Part shown: positions 27,201 to 39,169 of the stretch, in pieces
Layout of the letters: the number at the start of each line of letters is the position of its first letter
Numbering within the stretch: position 1 is the stretch's first letter
Assembly (NCBI GenBank): GCA_907165135.1
Contig: OU015567.1
Coordinates: 7,812,001 to 7,876,000, forward strand
DNA: 64,000 nt
Direction: 5' to 3'
Source of the DNA: Oikopleura dioica
Taxonomy: Eukaryota > Animalia > Chordata
Translations under genes and position numbers: made by a program
The notes under the pieces: generated by a model
Seen by the model: only the letters and a program-made list of their open reading frames with translations
Databases searched by the model: none
Told to the model about the DNA's origin: nothing

Positions 27201-30200
27201 GAAGGGAAGGCCACGCCCGTTCATTCTATTGAATCAAAGTCAGGGCGAAGCAGACCCGAAGGGGTGGCCACGCCCGTTCATTCTTATCATTCAAAGTCAG
27301 GGCGAAGCCGACCCGAAGGGGAGGCCACGCCCGTTCATTCTTATTATTCAAAGTCAGGGCGGAGCCGACCCGAAGGGGAGGCCACGCCTGTTCATTCTTA
27401 TCAATCAAAGTCAGGGCGAAGCCGACCCGAAGGGGAGGCCACGCCCGTTCATTCTTATCAATCAAAGTCAGGGCGAAGCCGACCCGAAGGGGAGGCCACG
27501 CCCGTTCATTCTTATCATTCAAAGTCAGGGCGAAGCCGACCCGAAGGAGAGGCCACGCCCGGTCATTCTTATCAATCAAAGTCAGGGCGAAGCCGACCCG
27601 AAGGGGAAGCCACGCCCGGTCATTCAAATCAATGAAAGTCAGGGCGAAGCCGACCCGAAGGGGAGGCAACGCCCGTTCATTCTTATCAATCAAAGTCAGG
27701 GCGAAGCCGACCCGAAGGAGGCCACGCCCGGTCATTCAAATCAATCAAAGTCAGGGCGAAGCCGACCCGAAGGGGAGGCCATGTCCGTTCATTCTTATCA
27801 ATCAAAGTCAGGGCGAAGCCGACCCGAAGGGGAGGCCACGCCCGTTCATTCTTATCATTCAAAGTCAGGGCGAAGCCGACCCGAAGGGGAGGCCACGCCC
27901 GGTCATTCAAATCAATCAAAGTCAGGGCGAAGCCGACCCGAAGGGGAGGCCATGCCCGTTCATTCTTATCAATCAAAGTCAGGGCGAAGCCGACCCGAAG
28001 GGGAGGCCACGCCCGTTCATTCTTATCAATCAAAGTCAGGGCGAAGCCGACCCGAAGGGGAGGCCACGCCCGGTCATTCAAATCAATCAAAGTCAGGGCG
28101 AAGCCGACCCGAAGGGGAGGCCATGCCCGTTCATTCTTATCAATCAAAGTCAGGGCGAAGCCGACCCGAAGGGAAGGCCACGCCCGTTCATTCTTATCAA
28201 TCAAAATTAGGCCGAAGCCGACCCGATGGCGAGGCCACGCCCGTTCATTCTTATCAATCAAAGTCAGGGCGAAGCCGACCCGAAGGAGAGGCCACGCCCA
28301 TTCATTCTTATCAATCAAAATTAGGGCGAAGCCGACCCGAAGGAGAGGCCACGCCCGTTCATTCTTATCAATCAAAGTCAGGGCGAAGCCGACCCGAAGG
28401 GGAGGCTACGCCTGTTCCTTCTTATCATTCAAAGTCAGGGCGAAGCCGACCCGAAGTTGAGGCCACGCCCGGTCATTCTTAACAATCAAAGTCAGGGCGA
28501 AGCCGACCCGAAGGGGAGGCCACGCCCGTTCATTCTTATCAATCAAAGTCAGGGCGAAGCCGACCCGAAGGGAGGCCACGCCTGTTCATTCTTATCATTG
28601 AAAGTCAGGGCGAAGCGGACCCAAAGGGAGGCCACGCCCGGTCATTCTTATCATTCAAAGTCAGGGCGAAACCGACCCGAAGGGAAGGCCTCGCCTGTTT
28701 ATTCTTTTCAATCAAAGTAAGGGCGAAGCCTTCCTGAAGGAGAGGCAACGCCCGCTTATTTTACGGAATCAAAGTCAGGGCGTAGGAATCGTAAATTGAA
28801 CAAGCTAAAAGCGAACCAGAAAAGACCTTAAATCCTTTTCGCCCTGACTATGATTGGAAAAAAATTAACGGGGTGGCCTCCGCTTCGGGTCGGCTTCGCC
28901 TCGACTCTCGGTTCTTACGGTGTTGGCTGGAGCGAAGTAGATCGAATGACGCACAAACGCGCTCGAGGCAGATGATCTCATTTTCAGCTTTGAGCTGGCG
29001 GGCGCCCAGAGATGCAAACAGGGCGCGATTCGCGCTTTTCTGGGGCAAGGAATTTTTCAGGAACGCCAGAGTCCCTTATCTCATTCCTAGCTTGTCGATA
29101 TATAACAATGTGTTCTTATCATTTTTTATACGAATACAAAATTTTACCTACTGATTCAAATAATGAAAATTATCTTGCTAAACATTTCCATAATAAAAAC
29201 AAAAAAATTAATTTTTGAAGAGGTGAATCATATAGAAAGGGTCTTACAGTCGAGTCGGCTTCGCCCTGACTTTGATTGATAAGAATGAACGGGCGTGGCC
29301 TCCCCTTCGGGTCGGCTTTGCCCTGACTTTGAATAATAAGAATGACCGGGCGTAGCTTCCCCTTCGGGTCGGCTTCGCCCTGACTTTGAATGATAAAAAT
29401 GAACGGGCGTGGCCTCCCCTTCGGGTCGGCTTCCCTGACTTTGAATGATAAGAATGACCGCGCGTGGCCTCCCCTTCGGGTCGGCTTCGCCCTGACTTTG
29501 ATTGATAAGAATGATAGGACGTGGCCTCCCTTCGGGACGGCTTCGCCCTGACTTTGATTGATAAGAATGAACGGGCGTAGCCTCCCCTTCGGGTCGGCTT
29601 CAACCTGACTTTGAATGATAAGAATGAACGGGCGTGGCCTCCCCTTCGGGTCGGCTTCGCCCTGACTTTGATTGATAAGAATGAACAGGCGTGGCCTCCC
29701 CTTCGGGTCGGCTTCGCCCTGACTTTCAATGATAAGAATGAACGGGCGTTGCCTCCCCTTCGGGTCGGCTTCGCCCTGACTTTGATTGATAAGAAGGAAC
29801 GGGCGTGGCCTCCCCTTCGGGTCGGCTTCGCCCTGACTTTGAATGATAAGAATGAGCGGGCGTGGCCTCCCCTTCGGGTCGGCTTCGCCCTGACTTTGAA
29901 TGATAAGAATGAATGGGCGTGGCCTCCACTTCGGGTCGGCTTCGCCCTGACTTTTATTGATAAGAATGAACGGGCGTTGCCTCCCCTTCGGGGGTGCTTC
30001 GCCCTGACTTTGATTCAATAGAATGAACGGGCGTGGCCTTCCCTTCGAGTCGGCTTTCCCTGACGCTTGCCCGTTCTTTTCTGAGCTGAAGAAACGGACC
30101 TGGCCTTTACTTTTGAATTGCTTCGCCTCGCCTTTAACTGAATCGAGTTGCCACAAGGCTTTGGGTCGATGTAGCCCCCTTCATCACTGAATTGACTCTG

Positions 30201-33200
30201 ATTTCTTTTTATTTTTTTTAAATATTGGTCTTTTAGTTGATTGTCTTTCTGCAAAAAGGGTTTTCTGGCATAAAGTGACCAAAGTTTGCCGAAAGTGTAA
30301 ATTCTTAGCCCAGCAAGGCATTTAATTTTATTTTTTGGTCTCTCAACTGTTGATCTTCCACTAGAGAAGTCCTACGGGGTCCTCCGGCCGAACTCGACCA
30401 AATTTGACCATAGGTGGCCATATATTTGCCGAGCAAAGCCATATACTGAAAATTTTTAAAATTGGTCTTCCAGCTGATGGTCGTCTACCAGGGAGGTCCT
30501 TCGGGGTCTTCCGGCCAAATTTGACCAAAGTTGGCCATAGAAGGCCATTTACTGGCTGAGCACGGCCATATATTGAATATTTTAAATATTGGTCTTCCAG
30601 CGAATGGTCTTCCACCAGGGAGGTCCGCCGGGGTCTTCCGGTCAAACTAGACCAAAGTTGGCCATTGGTGGCCATATATTGGCCATATATTGAATATTTT
30701 TAATATTGGTCTTCCAACAGATGAAGCCCTCCAAGGGGGTCCTCCAAGACAATAACAAAGACTTGTAGCTTCTTCTACTCAGCTCAGCTAGCTCAATAAT
30801 AACCTCAGCTCAGCTAGCTCAGCTCAGTTCAGTCTATTGAGCTGATCAAAATCAAATTTCTTTTGATTGGTCTTATTTTCAAAAACTTGCATGTTTTTTC
30901 TATTTATGCTTTCCAGTTTGAGAAATCGTCAGCTCAGCTCAAAAATTTTCCAATATGCCCCAGCTCAGCTCAGCTCAATTTCTTTTGAAAAAGTCTAGCT
31001 CAGCTCAGTCGTTTTTAAAAAGGGCCCACTCTTTTCAGCTCAGTTCAATTTCGACCTTAGCTCAGCTAGCTCAGCTCAGAAAAATTTTCAAAAATTTGCA
31101 ACTCTGCGTTATTAACAGCTTAACCCCTACCCGCATATCGACCTACGCGTAGGTAAATTGAATTTTAAACGCGATTATCTCACGATTGGTAAATATTTTC
31201 TATAAAGCTGACCCCCACATATCGGGCTACTTTTTAATGGAGAATCAGGATCTAAGGTCAAAATAACATTTATTCAAAGATTTAAGATTTTAGCAATTGA
31301 GCGAAATTTTGATCTCGGTTCAACATGATAAAACCCAACTTTGATTCAACTGTTCTCGGCAAGATCTATTTGATTAAATTAATGCTCAGTAGCTAATAAA
31401 AATTCGGAATTCTTAATTTTTACTGTATTGAAGACTGCATGAAAATATTTAAATTTATTTTGGACGAGATTTGGAGCACTGACGACTTATTCTTTTATCA
31501 AAAATGAGTACTATTGAAAAGATGACATTTGTTGACATTTGACATCTTACATTTGACATTTGATCATGTCCAGGAGAAAGCTCAGCCTTTAATCTTTCCA
31601 TCCATGTCTTTTGGAAAATTTTATCCGGGCTAAAAGACCCCAAAAAGGCCCGACCTACGCGTAGGTCGATATGCGGGCAGGGGTGACAAATTTTTCATGC
31701 GGGCAGGGGTTAAAGCTGTTTTCCTTTTCTTCTTAGATTTCGAAGGAGCTGGATTTTCTGCTGATTCCGACGATGAGCCAGTGAGAATATTCCGCGACTC
31801 TGCTCCTCTTGATACTCAGCAAAGTGGGTCGGACGATGAAATGATGGAAACAACGAGTTGAGCAGGAGCAGCTCCAAAAAGTTCCAAGTCAAAAAAGCCA
31901 AAATGACCCGTTCAACAACAAGAAGAATCCTTCCGCGATCGCCAAATTTGCATGAGAGAAGACCACGAAGATGCAAAAGCAGAGCAAGCACGATTGCTCA
32001 GAGAAATGGAAATTAAGTTACCTCAACATCAAAAAGTTTTCTCATTAGGTAAATCTTTCTCCTGAGCGCGCAAAGCTGTGTTGAAAACCTGAGTCAGGGT
32101 CTGAAAGTAGCAACTTAACATTAGAGATCTTTCAGACCCTGAGTCAGGTTTTCTATTCAGATTCGCCAGCCCAGCCGTCATATATTCAGCAAAAAGTATC
32201 ATTTTTTCAAAATCAAATGTCACCGCCGAAGAGTTCAAAGCCAAAAAAGCCAATTCCGGCTGTTTCTGGAAACCAGACCTCGCATATTTCAAATGCCCGG
32301 ATCCTTCTGCCGAATCCCAAAAGAATCCCGCTCCAGAAAAAGTTCTTCTATCTACGTTGAAAAGCCCGAATAGCCGCGAAAAAAGCCCGCATAGCCGCAC
32401 TCGGCGCGGCTAAAGCGCCAACACCCGGCCATGGCTTTCTCCAGTTGAATCCAAAAATGTCCGATTTGCAAAAGAAAATGGTCAAGCATCTGACGAAAAA
32501 AAAAATCGCCAAAAAAAATGTGTACCAATATTACTGAAACGGTCAAAAATGATGTCGGAGAAATTGTAGAAATCGGAATTCGCCAGCAATCAGCGTTGAC
32601 GGCGCAATTTGTTGCAGGGAATTTCTTTTGCGTGAGAGTTACTTTAGTTTCATTTTAATAAAACTCATTCTTAACCAGTGAAAGATTGAAAAAAATTTTC
32701 TAATTAAGCTATAATTTATAATAAAAAACTTATTTTTATTATCAAATTTTCTTATTATCAATTAAAAATCTTTATTTGTCAAAAAAATCATCTTAAAGGC
32801 TCCAGAAATATGCAATTTTATGAAAAATAGCGTAAAATAGTGAAGAGAGAGGAATTTGAAGCGGGCTAGCTTGGCCATGCAGCGCGCGCGCCCCCTGGCG
32901 GCCGCCTCCAAAATGACGCAACGCCGCTAAGAATTCACCTCGGAAAACTTTAAAAATTCATATTTTTAAAACGCGAGGTGCGTCAGTGAATTTTTTTACA
33001 GATTTGGATTTCTCAGCGCAATATCTATAAGGAAAAAATATAAAATCACTAACGACAAAACAGTCCTCGTACTGATCCGAAAAATGGGCTTTTTGAACGT
33101 CATTTTTACGAAAATGGCTCATTATTATGAAATTATTTTGGTAGCATTGAAATCCTCGACCAAAGTTCTACTAGATCATCCTTCTAAAAATTGGACAGGA

Positions 33201-34036
33201 CCCTTTTTTCGGGTACCTGAAAATTCGTGCGGTATCCCTAAATATAACCCATAAAAGCACACCACCTCCAATCCCCAAGCGCGTCGACTCCATCGCCAAA
33301 AACATCGACAAATACTTCGACCTCAAACTCGTCAAACGAGCTGACGAGGACGAAGAAAATGCTGGAGAGCGCATCGAAAAACAAATTCTCAACCCTTCAG
33401 ACGTCGAATCAGACGTTTCTTTAGAAGAAGAAGCCTCTGAGCGTCAGCTAGTGCCATTCACCGAAGATGAGAGGTCCATTCCAGACGTTGGTGAATTCCA
33501 GGAGCCGGAAATTTTGGATGCCTTCCCCGCCCCACCAGTGAATCTACCCATTCTGCCCACTGAACAGGGTAAATTCATCACTAATAACATTTTTCACCGA
33601 CGAAAAATTATGATCCCAAAATTCGTTCAGGCACCGCGGAAAGAGTTGAAACAAAAGGAAATTCTCAGAAAGAGGAGGGCACTTCCACTTTCCATGGTAA
33701 ACACGCCCGAAAGGCTGCAAAATACTGCTCTAAATTCGAAGTTTAGGATACCATAAGGCAATCTTAGTGACGCTAGAAACATTCTTTGAACTAGAATCAA
33801 ATCATAGTTATAAAGAAATGGCATCCAGATAATCAGCCTTACTTTTCATGAAATTCTTTGGTTAGATTTTTTTGCGTTTCTGAGCTTTTGCATGCTTTTC
33901 TTATTTTTTTGAGCTTTTACGAGCATGAATTTTAAAACTAGAACTTTTGACAAACTTTTATTCAGGAAAAACTGCACCACCAAAGCCCCAGAGGAAGAAG
34001 AAATCCAATCCTTTGGATAAAGAGTCTCTCGGGTAA
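24209..34036 (+). CDS. Proline-rich protein of unknown function; host gene of the 8.3-kb element
   Basis: Coding-like exons on both sides of the insertion (MEDMRALRK..., TPPPIPDLPPVP; PPPIPKRVDSIAK...; ...KESLG*); exon structure only partly resolved. Confidence 0.5.
25428..32016 (+). CDS. Spliced passenger gene inside the element (K/E-rich coiled coil, acidic then basic tail); start uncertain
   Basis: Short exons 25428-26070 separated by about 40-nt introns, resuming after the nested insertions at about 31739 (DFEGAGFSADSDDEP...); one apparent 1-nt indel near 31840. Confidence 0.5.
27186..28782 (+). repeat. 57-bp minisatellite, about 28 units (left arm)
   Basis: Unit tcagggcgaagccgacccgaaggggaggccacgcccgttcattcttatcaatcaaag; period counted at 27411-27467. 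Confidence 0.95.
29252..30060 (-). repeat. 57-bp minisatellite, about 14 units (right arm, inverted)
   Basis: Reverse complement of the same unit. Confidence 0.95.
31124..31709. mobile_element. piggyBac-type MITE
   Basis: TTAA|CCCCTACCCGCAT ... ATGCGGGCAGGGG|TTAA, plus a longer internal IR copy at about 31654-31683. Confidence 0.85.
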
Positions 34037-34353
34037 GAAAAAATTGAAGAATAGAAAGAATTAAAAATATTTTAAAGGGGATTAAAATTCCGCGAGTTGA
34101 TGGCTCTTGTTGGAAGCAAGTCGGAGAAAAACTCGGCGCTTATTGCTGAATTGATTGTAAAAAATGGACGATAAAAAATTCTCTCTGTAAAGCCTGGAAT
34201 AAAACAGTTCTTGATCCCTGTTAGAAGATCACGTGCTTAATGAACTTTTCAAATGAGACGATGAACATTAGTTTTAATTATCTTATAAGACAGAAAAGTT
34301 GATTGTAGCTCATTGATGCGGATAATAAAAACTGAAGACTTCCTAGTTATTAA

Positions 34354-35107
34354 GGATATAAGCTATGAATTTGAACTTTCGTAGCGCCTAAATGCGAAGT
34401 AGGATCATTTTCACTTCAAAAGTAATCCTACCTAAAAATTCACGCAAAACTCAAATATGGTACTTTTAAAAAAAATTTTATTGAAAATTTCCCTTTTAGA
34501 GCGATTTCAAATCTTACTCTCTCGATTTCTCGAAATTTTTCCATTGAATCGCTAAAACTAAACCGTGTTTTTTATTTTGATGATGTTAAGCTAGAAAATT
34601 GACGGGCTTGTATTTCGAAATCCTTTCGAATTTTTATTCTAGCGTTTTCCTCTTTCTTGCTCGTGTTTTTCTTCTTTTTATGCTTTTTTGCTTGCAACCA
34701 ATCAAAGCGCTCCGCTCAACCGCGCCACTCTCACGGAAAAGAGGAGTCGAGAGAGCGAGCGCCCAGCGCGCCGCTTTTTACACTATTCGCGCGCTTGGTA
34801 AGCCTCATGGAAATGGCTCTAAAATCGGTTTTGGTCGGAATCAGGGAAAACTGATCCGTCAATTTTGTAGATAAGGGTCAAGAGAAGTTATTTATCGAAA
34901 AAACTGGACCGATTTAGTGGCAAAATTTCGAGGAATCGAGAGAGTAAGATTTGAAATCGCTCTAAAAGGAAAGTTTTCAATAAAATTTTTTTTAAAAGTA
35001 CCATATTTGAGTTTTGCGTGCATTTTTAGGTTGAATTGCTTTTGAAATGAAAATGATCCTACTACGCATTTAGGCGCTACGAAAGTTCAAATTCATAGCT
35101 TATATCC
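34354..35107. mobile_element. MITE with about 190-bp TIRs and TTAA flanks (Kolobok-like termini)
   Basis: TTAA|GGATATAAGCTATGAATTTG ... CAAATTCATAGCTTATATCC|TTAA. Confidence 0.85.
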
Positions 35108-35709
35108 TTAAGGTTGAAAAGGCTTATTAAAAATGAACTCAGAGCCTGGTGGTGGTGAGAATTTGCCTTGGGGGCTATATCAAGAGACAGTCTTTCTGAA
35201 GGATAAGGTCCGATCTGATTATAGAGAAAGTTCAAATCAGAAAATCAAAAAAGAACAAGAGTTTTTACTTTTGAAAAAAATGCATCATCAAAAGAGCCCG
35301 AAAAATCCGCAAGAAGACAGTCAAAGGCAATTCATATTTTATCATTTTACGAGGCGAGTGGCGTTGATCGTCCTCGAATCATAAAATTACCGTTTAGCAT
35401 CAGAAGTTAAGGATTTATGAGAAGCGATTTATGCTCCTGTCGAAATTAAAGCCAGATTCTTTGTTTATTGCTTTTCAAATTAAAAACTGAAATTCTTACA
35501 AACGCTATTTTTATCAAGAAGGAATCTTTTCTTGAGATAATTAAAAATGAAAAAATGCGATAACGCTTAAGAATCTCCGCTGCTAAGCTGTCAAGTCTGA
35601 ACAGGATAATTGCTACTGACCAAATTTTACAACAATTTTCAACCGGCCCTGTTGAAAAGAGGGTTTCAAGAGCAGAGTTTTCTTATTCACCGGGAGCTAC
35701 ACTCGGCGA

Positions 35710-35879
35710 CCTGTGTAGAAAACCTGAGTCAGGTTCTGAAGAGCTTGAATGAAAAAAGCAGTTTTTTAAAACAAAGCCGCAGAATCATTTTTATATTCTG
35801 ACTTGGCTTCGTTTTAAAACCCAGCTTTTCATTTAGGCTCTTCAGAAAATCAGAACCTGACTCAGGTTTTCTACACAGG
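35710..35879. repeat. 170-bp imperfect palindrome with perfect 30-bp outer arms
   Basis: cctgtgtagaaaacctgagtcaggttctga at 35710 and its exact reverse complement at 35850-35879; a related short IR lies at 32083-32153. Confidence 0.8.
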
Positions 35880-38800
35880 ATACAAAAATCTTGGCCAGGG
35901 AATTTTTCTTTTCAGGGCGGGGTAAGTGGCTCTGAGGAATTTGCGGGGGCGGTTGTGAGACTACTCTACTCTGCTCCAGCTCTTTGTGGAGACGATTTTT
36001 TTTTGAAAACTGAGAAGACGAAAAACCACTTTCTCCGTGAGAAATTGGCTTTGCTGAGCAAACACGGCCCAGGCCAAGCCCGGTCCAACATGATTTTTTT
36101 CGAGCAGAGAGGAAAAACAACTACCGGAAATTCGAATAGAAGCAAGAAATATGAAAAGAGGCGTTAGCTTTTTGAGAAAAGAGAAATTTCTGAAGACATA
36201 GAAGACTTATCATTTTTGATGACCTTTAGATGCAATTTCCAAATTTGATTTTTAAAATTTTTATAACCAATCGTTCCTTTATAAATCGATTTCTTTACTC
36301 CGTAAAACACACCATAACCTACGATCAATAAGTTACGGTACAAAAGAGTTTAAGACAATTTGTTTAGTAACAGTTTATCTGTCGAACTGAAGCTCCCCGG
36401 GCCCCAAGGGACTGACAACAATATCAACCCAAAATCTAATAAGAGCCTCATCATCCCCAACAGTTTATCGGCCCAGCCCTATTACGTTATTCTGATTACG
36501 GATAATTAGCCAATCGGACACCCCTAAATTAGCGCGCCGAGAAAATACCGTAACCGCGCGAGTTCTCGGTGGGTGGTTTTTCGGATGATCTCGCAGTAAC
36601 TTTAAACTTTTATGGACTTGACTTTTCGCGATTTAGCGCACGACAAAGGACCCAGGATGAAGAGGATTCCTGTCAGACGAGAGAAAGACTTGATCCTCGA
36701 AAACCACATTTCAAGGTTTTTTTCTTCACTTGAGTTTTTTGAATAAACGATTTTTGGATCGTAAAAAATGGACTCTACCATCTTTGGTGATTGTTCATTT
36801 CAGCAGAGTCGTTTTCAATCATCGAGACCGTAAACTGCCCATTTTCGCAATTTTTCTTATTCATACTAAGTTAGAGGAAAGTTTAGGCGATAATGAAGCC
36901 CTTACGAACGAGAAATTACTCTCCGAGAAAATTTAGCGCGATTTTCCTTTTGAAAGTTTGAAGAGAGAAAAATCCACTTATCTTATTAATTGCTTTCAAT
37001 TAGTCTCCATAGACCTTCTTTTCCACCATCTTTTCAGCTATTTTTATACAGTTACTTTTTCATTCCAACTACCGTCGAAAACATGAGAGGGCTCTTTCTT
37101 TTCAAAGACTAATTTTGGATCATTTCCGATATTTTATTATATGGCCATTGGCTTCAAATTTGAGCGACCGACCGCTTTTTCATTACCGGCGCGAATTCCG
37201 GTCGACCTTCCGCTCTCAGTCCAGTGAGGCTCTCACTTCGTCTTTTTTGCCAATTTCCATTTATAACTCGTTCAGTTGACAACTGTACAAATGTACAGGC
37301 GGTCATTTGGGTGAAATATTGGGCCAACGAAGGCTCCGAATGGGCGTCATGTCGCCGTCAAATAAGTGTGCCGCTAAAGGGGTGATTGATAATTGCCCCA
37401 GAACACGCAGTTGCTCTAAATTCAACCCTTCTATTCGCTAGTAAGTCGCCATATGTTTCGGCCATTGATTCGGCCCATAAGTGACCAGGTCAATTTCACA
37501 TCTTACAACTGCTCGAAAAATCCCCTCCAATTTCAGTAAAGAGAAAATTTCAAAAGAAAAGGTATCAAAAAACGAAAACAGTAGCAAATGACTGTATCGA
37601 AAAATCTATTTACCGACCCTCTACTTTGTCACTTTTGCTTTATAAAACGTAACTTTTTCGAGCTATTCAAAGAGGGCACCGGAAATGGAGGTTTCCGGCG
37701 GAAACGAGATCAGAGTAGATTATTTATTCAAAAGCCAGATCAACGGGGATCATTAAAATCAGCTAGCTTAGCATTTTTTCTACCTCATTATTACTACCAA
37801 GAGAGAGGGCTAAAAAGAGGACAGATTTGGCGTAAGGATTGTCGTAAGATAAGCCTTCCAAGAACAAACCGCTGGACAATAGATAGTAGCCAAAAAAGTA
37901 GTATTGGCTAAACTTACTCCAGCTGCAAAATCTGGCCCTCCGCCAGCAGATATTTTCAGCCGAGTTTGTGTTATCTCCGAACGTTATTTTTGTTGTTTTG
38001 CTTTTTCCATTTTTTGCGATTGGGGAATTTTTGTTTTTGACTTTTTTTTAAAGATCATTTTTTTCGTACAAATTTCGAGATGGATGAGTAGCGATGAATT
38101 GGGGATAACGTCAAACAGATTGAGTTGAGATCTCTTTCAATGAGAAACCTCCACTTTGGTATTTTTGAATTTGAGAAAGAAAGAGAAAGAAAAAAATGTA
38201 TAGAATATTTATGCCTCCAAATCCGACAAACCACCAAGAGCGCCAGTTAATAATTAATTTACTTGTGAATTTACTTTCTGAATATTCTTTCTTTTTTCGC
38301 CTGACTGCGTTAAATCTTCTTTCTTTGCGAAAATTTTATAGAGAAGATGTTTCCATTGAGATTTACTTTTTGAAAAATTGCCAAATTTTCAAAGGATATT
38401 TTGCGTAAAATCAGAATTTCGCACAATTAGCGGGTCAACCCCCTATTAGACATATTGGCCTGGATTAGGCCTCTTGGGAGTCATTTACTCGGCTCGTTAC
38501 CGCCTATTGGATATACTAGCCCCTCTCCCTCTTACTATTCAACTTTCCTCTTTTCTAAAATGTCACCTTATTTTTAAACCTCAATTTGCTGTCGTCTTAA
38601 TTTAAACCGCCATATGCTTTACCTTTCTGGATCCCTTCCAATAGGATCAAATTTAACAGCATCCCTCTTTATTCAGAATGTGAATAATGAAAATATCGAA
38701 ATCATCGCCAAACTACGGAAACAGAAGAAGACAAAGAGAAATTAATTATGCTGCGGAATGGCTTCAGTACAGAAAAATCGTTTGATTTCCACAGCAAGCA

Positions 38801-39169
38801 AAAAGGAAAAGCCCGCAATTGACGTTAATTCAAATTTTCTTCAAAATTTCCACGAGCCGCGGGTTTTTTTTTCTTCCGTATTGCCCAGTAAGACAAGCTG
38901 TGAAGATACATACTAATTTTAGATATATAGATTTTCCGTAGATTTTCGATTAAGTCATACGCGCATTCTATATCGGTGCCCACGTGAGACAGAAGAACTG
39001 AGTCTTAAAATTTTACACTTGTTTTAACCTCGACAACAATGATCATGAGCTTCTGTCTCAATATTTGGAAAAGGTCAACACCCAGAGTCTGTTGTTGACT
39101 TTGTGATTGATTCTACAGTTATTTCGCGCAGTAAATGGCTCAATAGAATTATTTCCATAATCCAGCTAT

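Larger units (their letters stand above)
26087..31106. mobile_element. 5-kb foldback palindrome with modular arms
   Basis: Ends CAGAGTTGCAAATTTTTG / CAAAAATTTGCAACTCTG; each arm has a GAGCT-repeat block, a TATGGCC-repeat block and a 57-bp array; unique centre at about 28790-29250; no TSD found. Confidence 0.85.
24896..33240. mobile_element. 8.3-kb non-autonomous hAT-like (Pack-type) composite element
   Basis: About 95-bp near-perfect TIR starting TAGGGATACCGCACGAA, with weaker similarity to about 270 bp; perfect 8-bp TSD AATATAAC at 24888-24895 and 33241-33248; no transposase recognised. Confidence 0.9.

Noticed and set aside
27186-30060. CRISPR-like appearance (hairpin repeat plus linker)
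   Set aside because: The linkers are near-identical rather than unique spacers, there are no cas genes, and the context is eukaryotic.
27061-30156. 473-aa and 328-aa ORFs of 19-aa repeats
   Set aside because: A 57-nt unit lacking stops in some frames yields such ORFs trivially, and they are mirrored by the palindrome.
36350-38520. Motif-rich non-coding blocks upstream of SRGAP
   Set aside because: Plausibly enhancers, but nothing specific can be supported without conservation or chromatin data.
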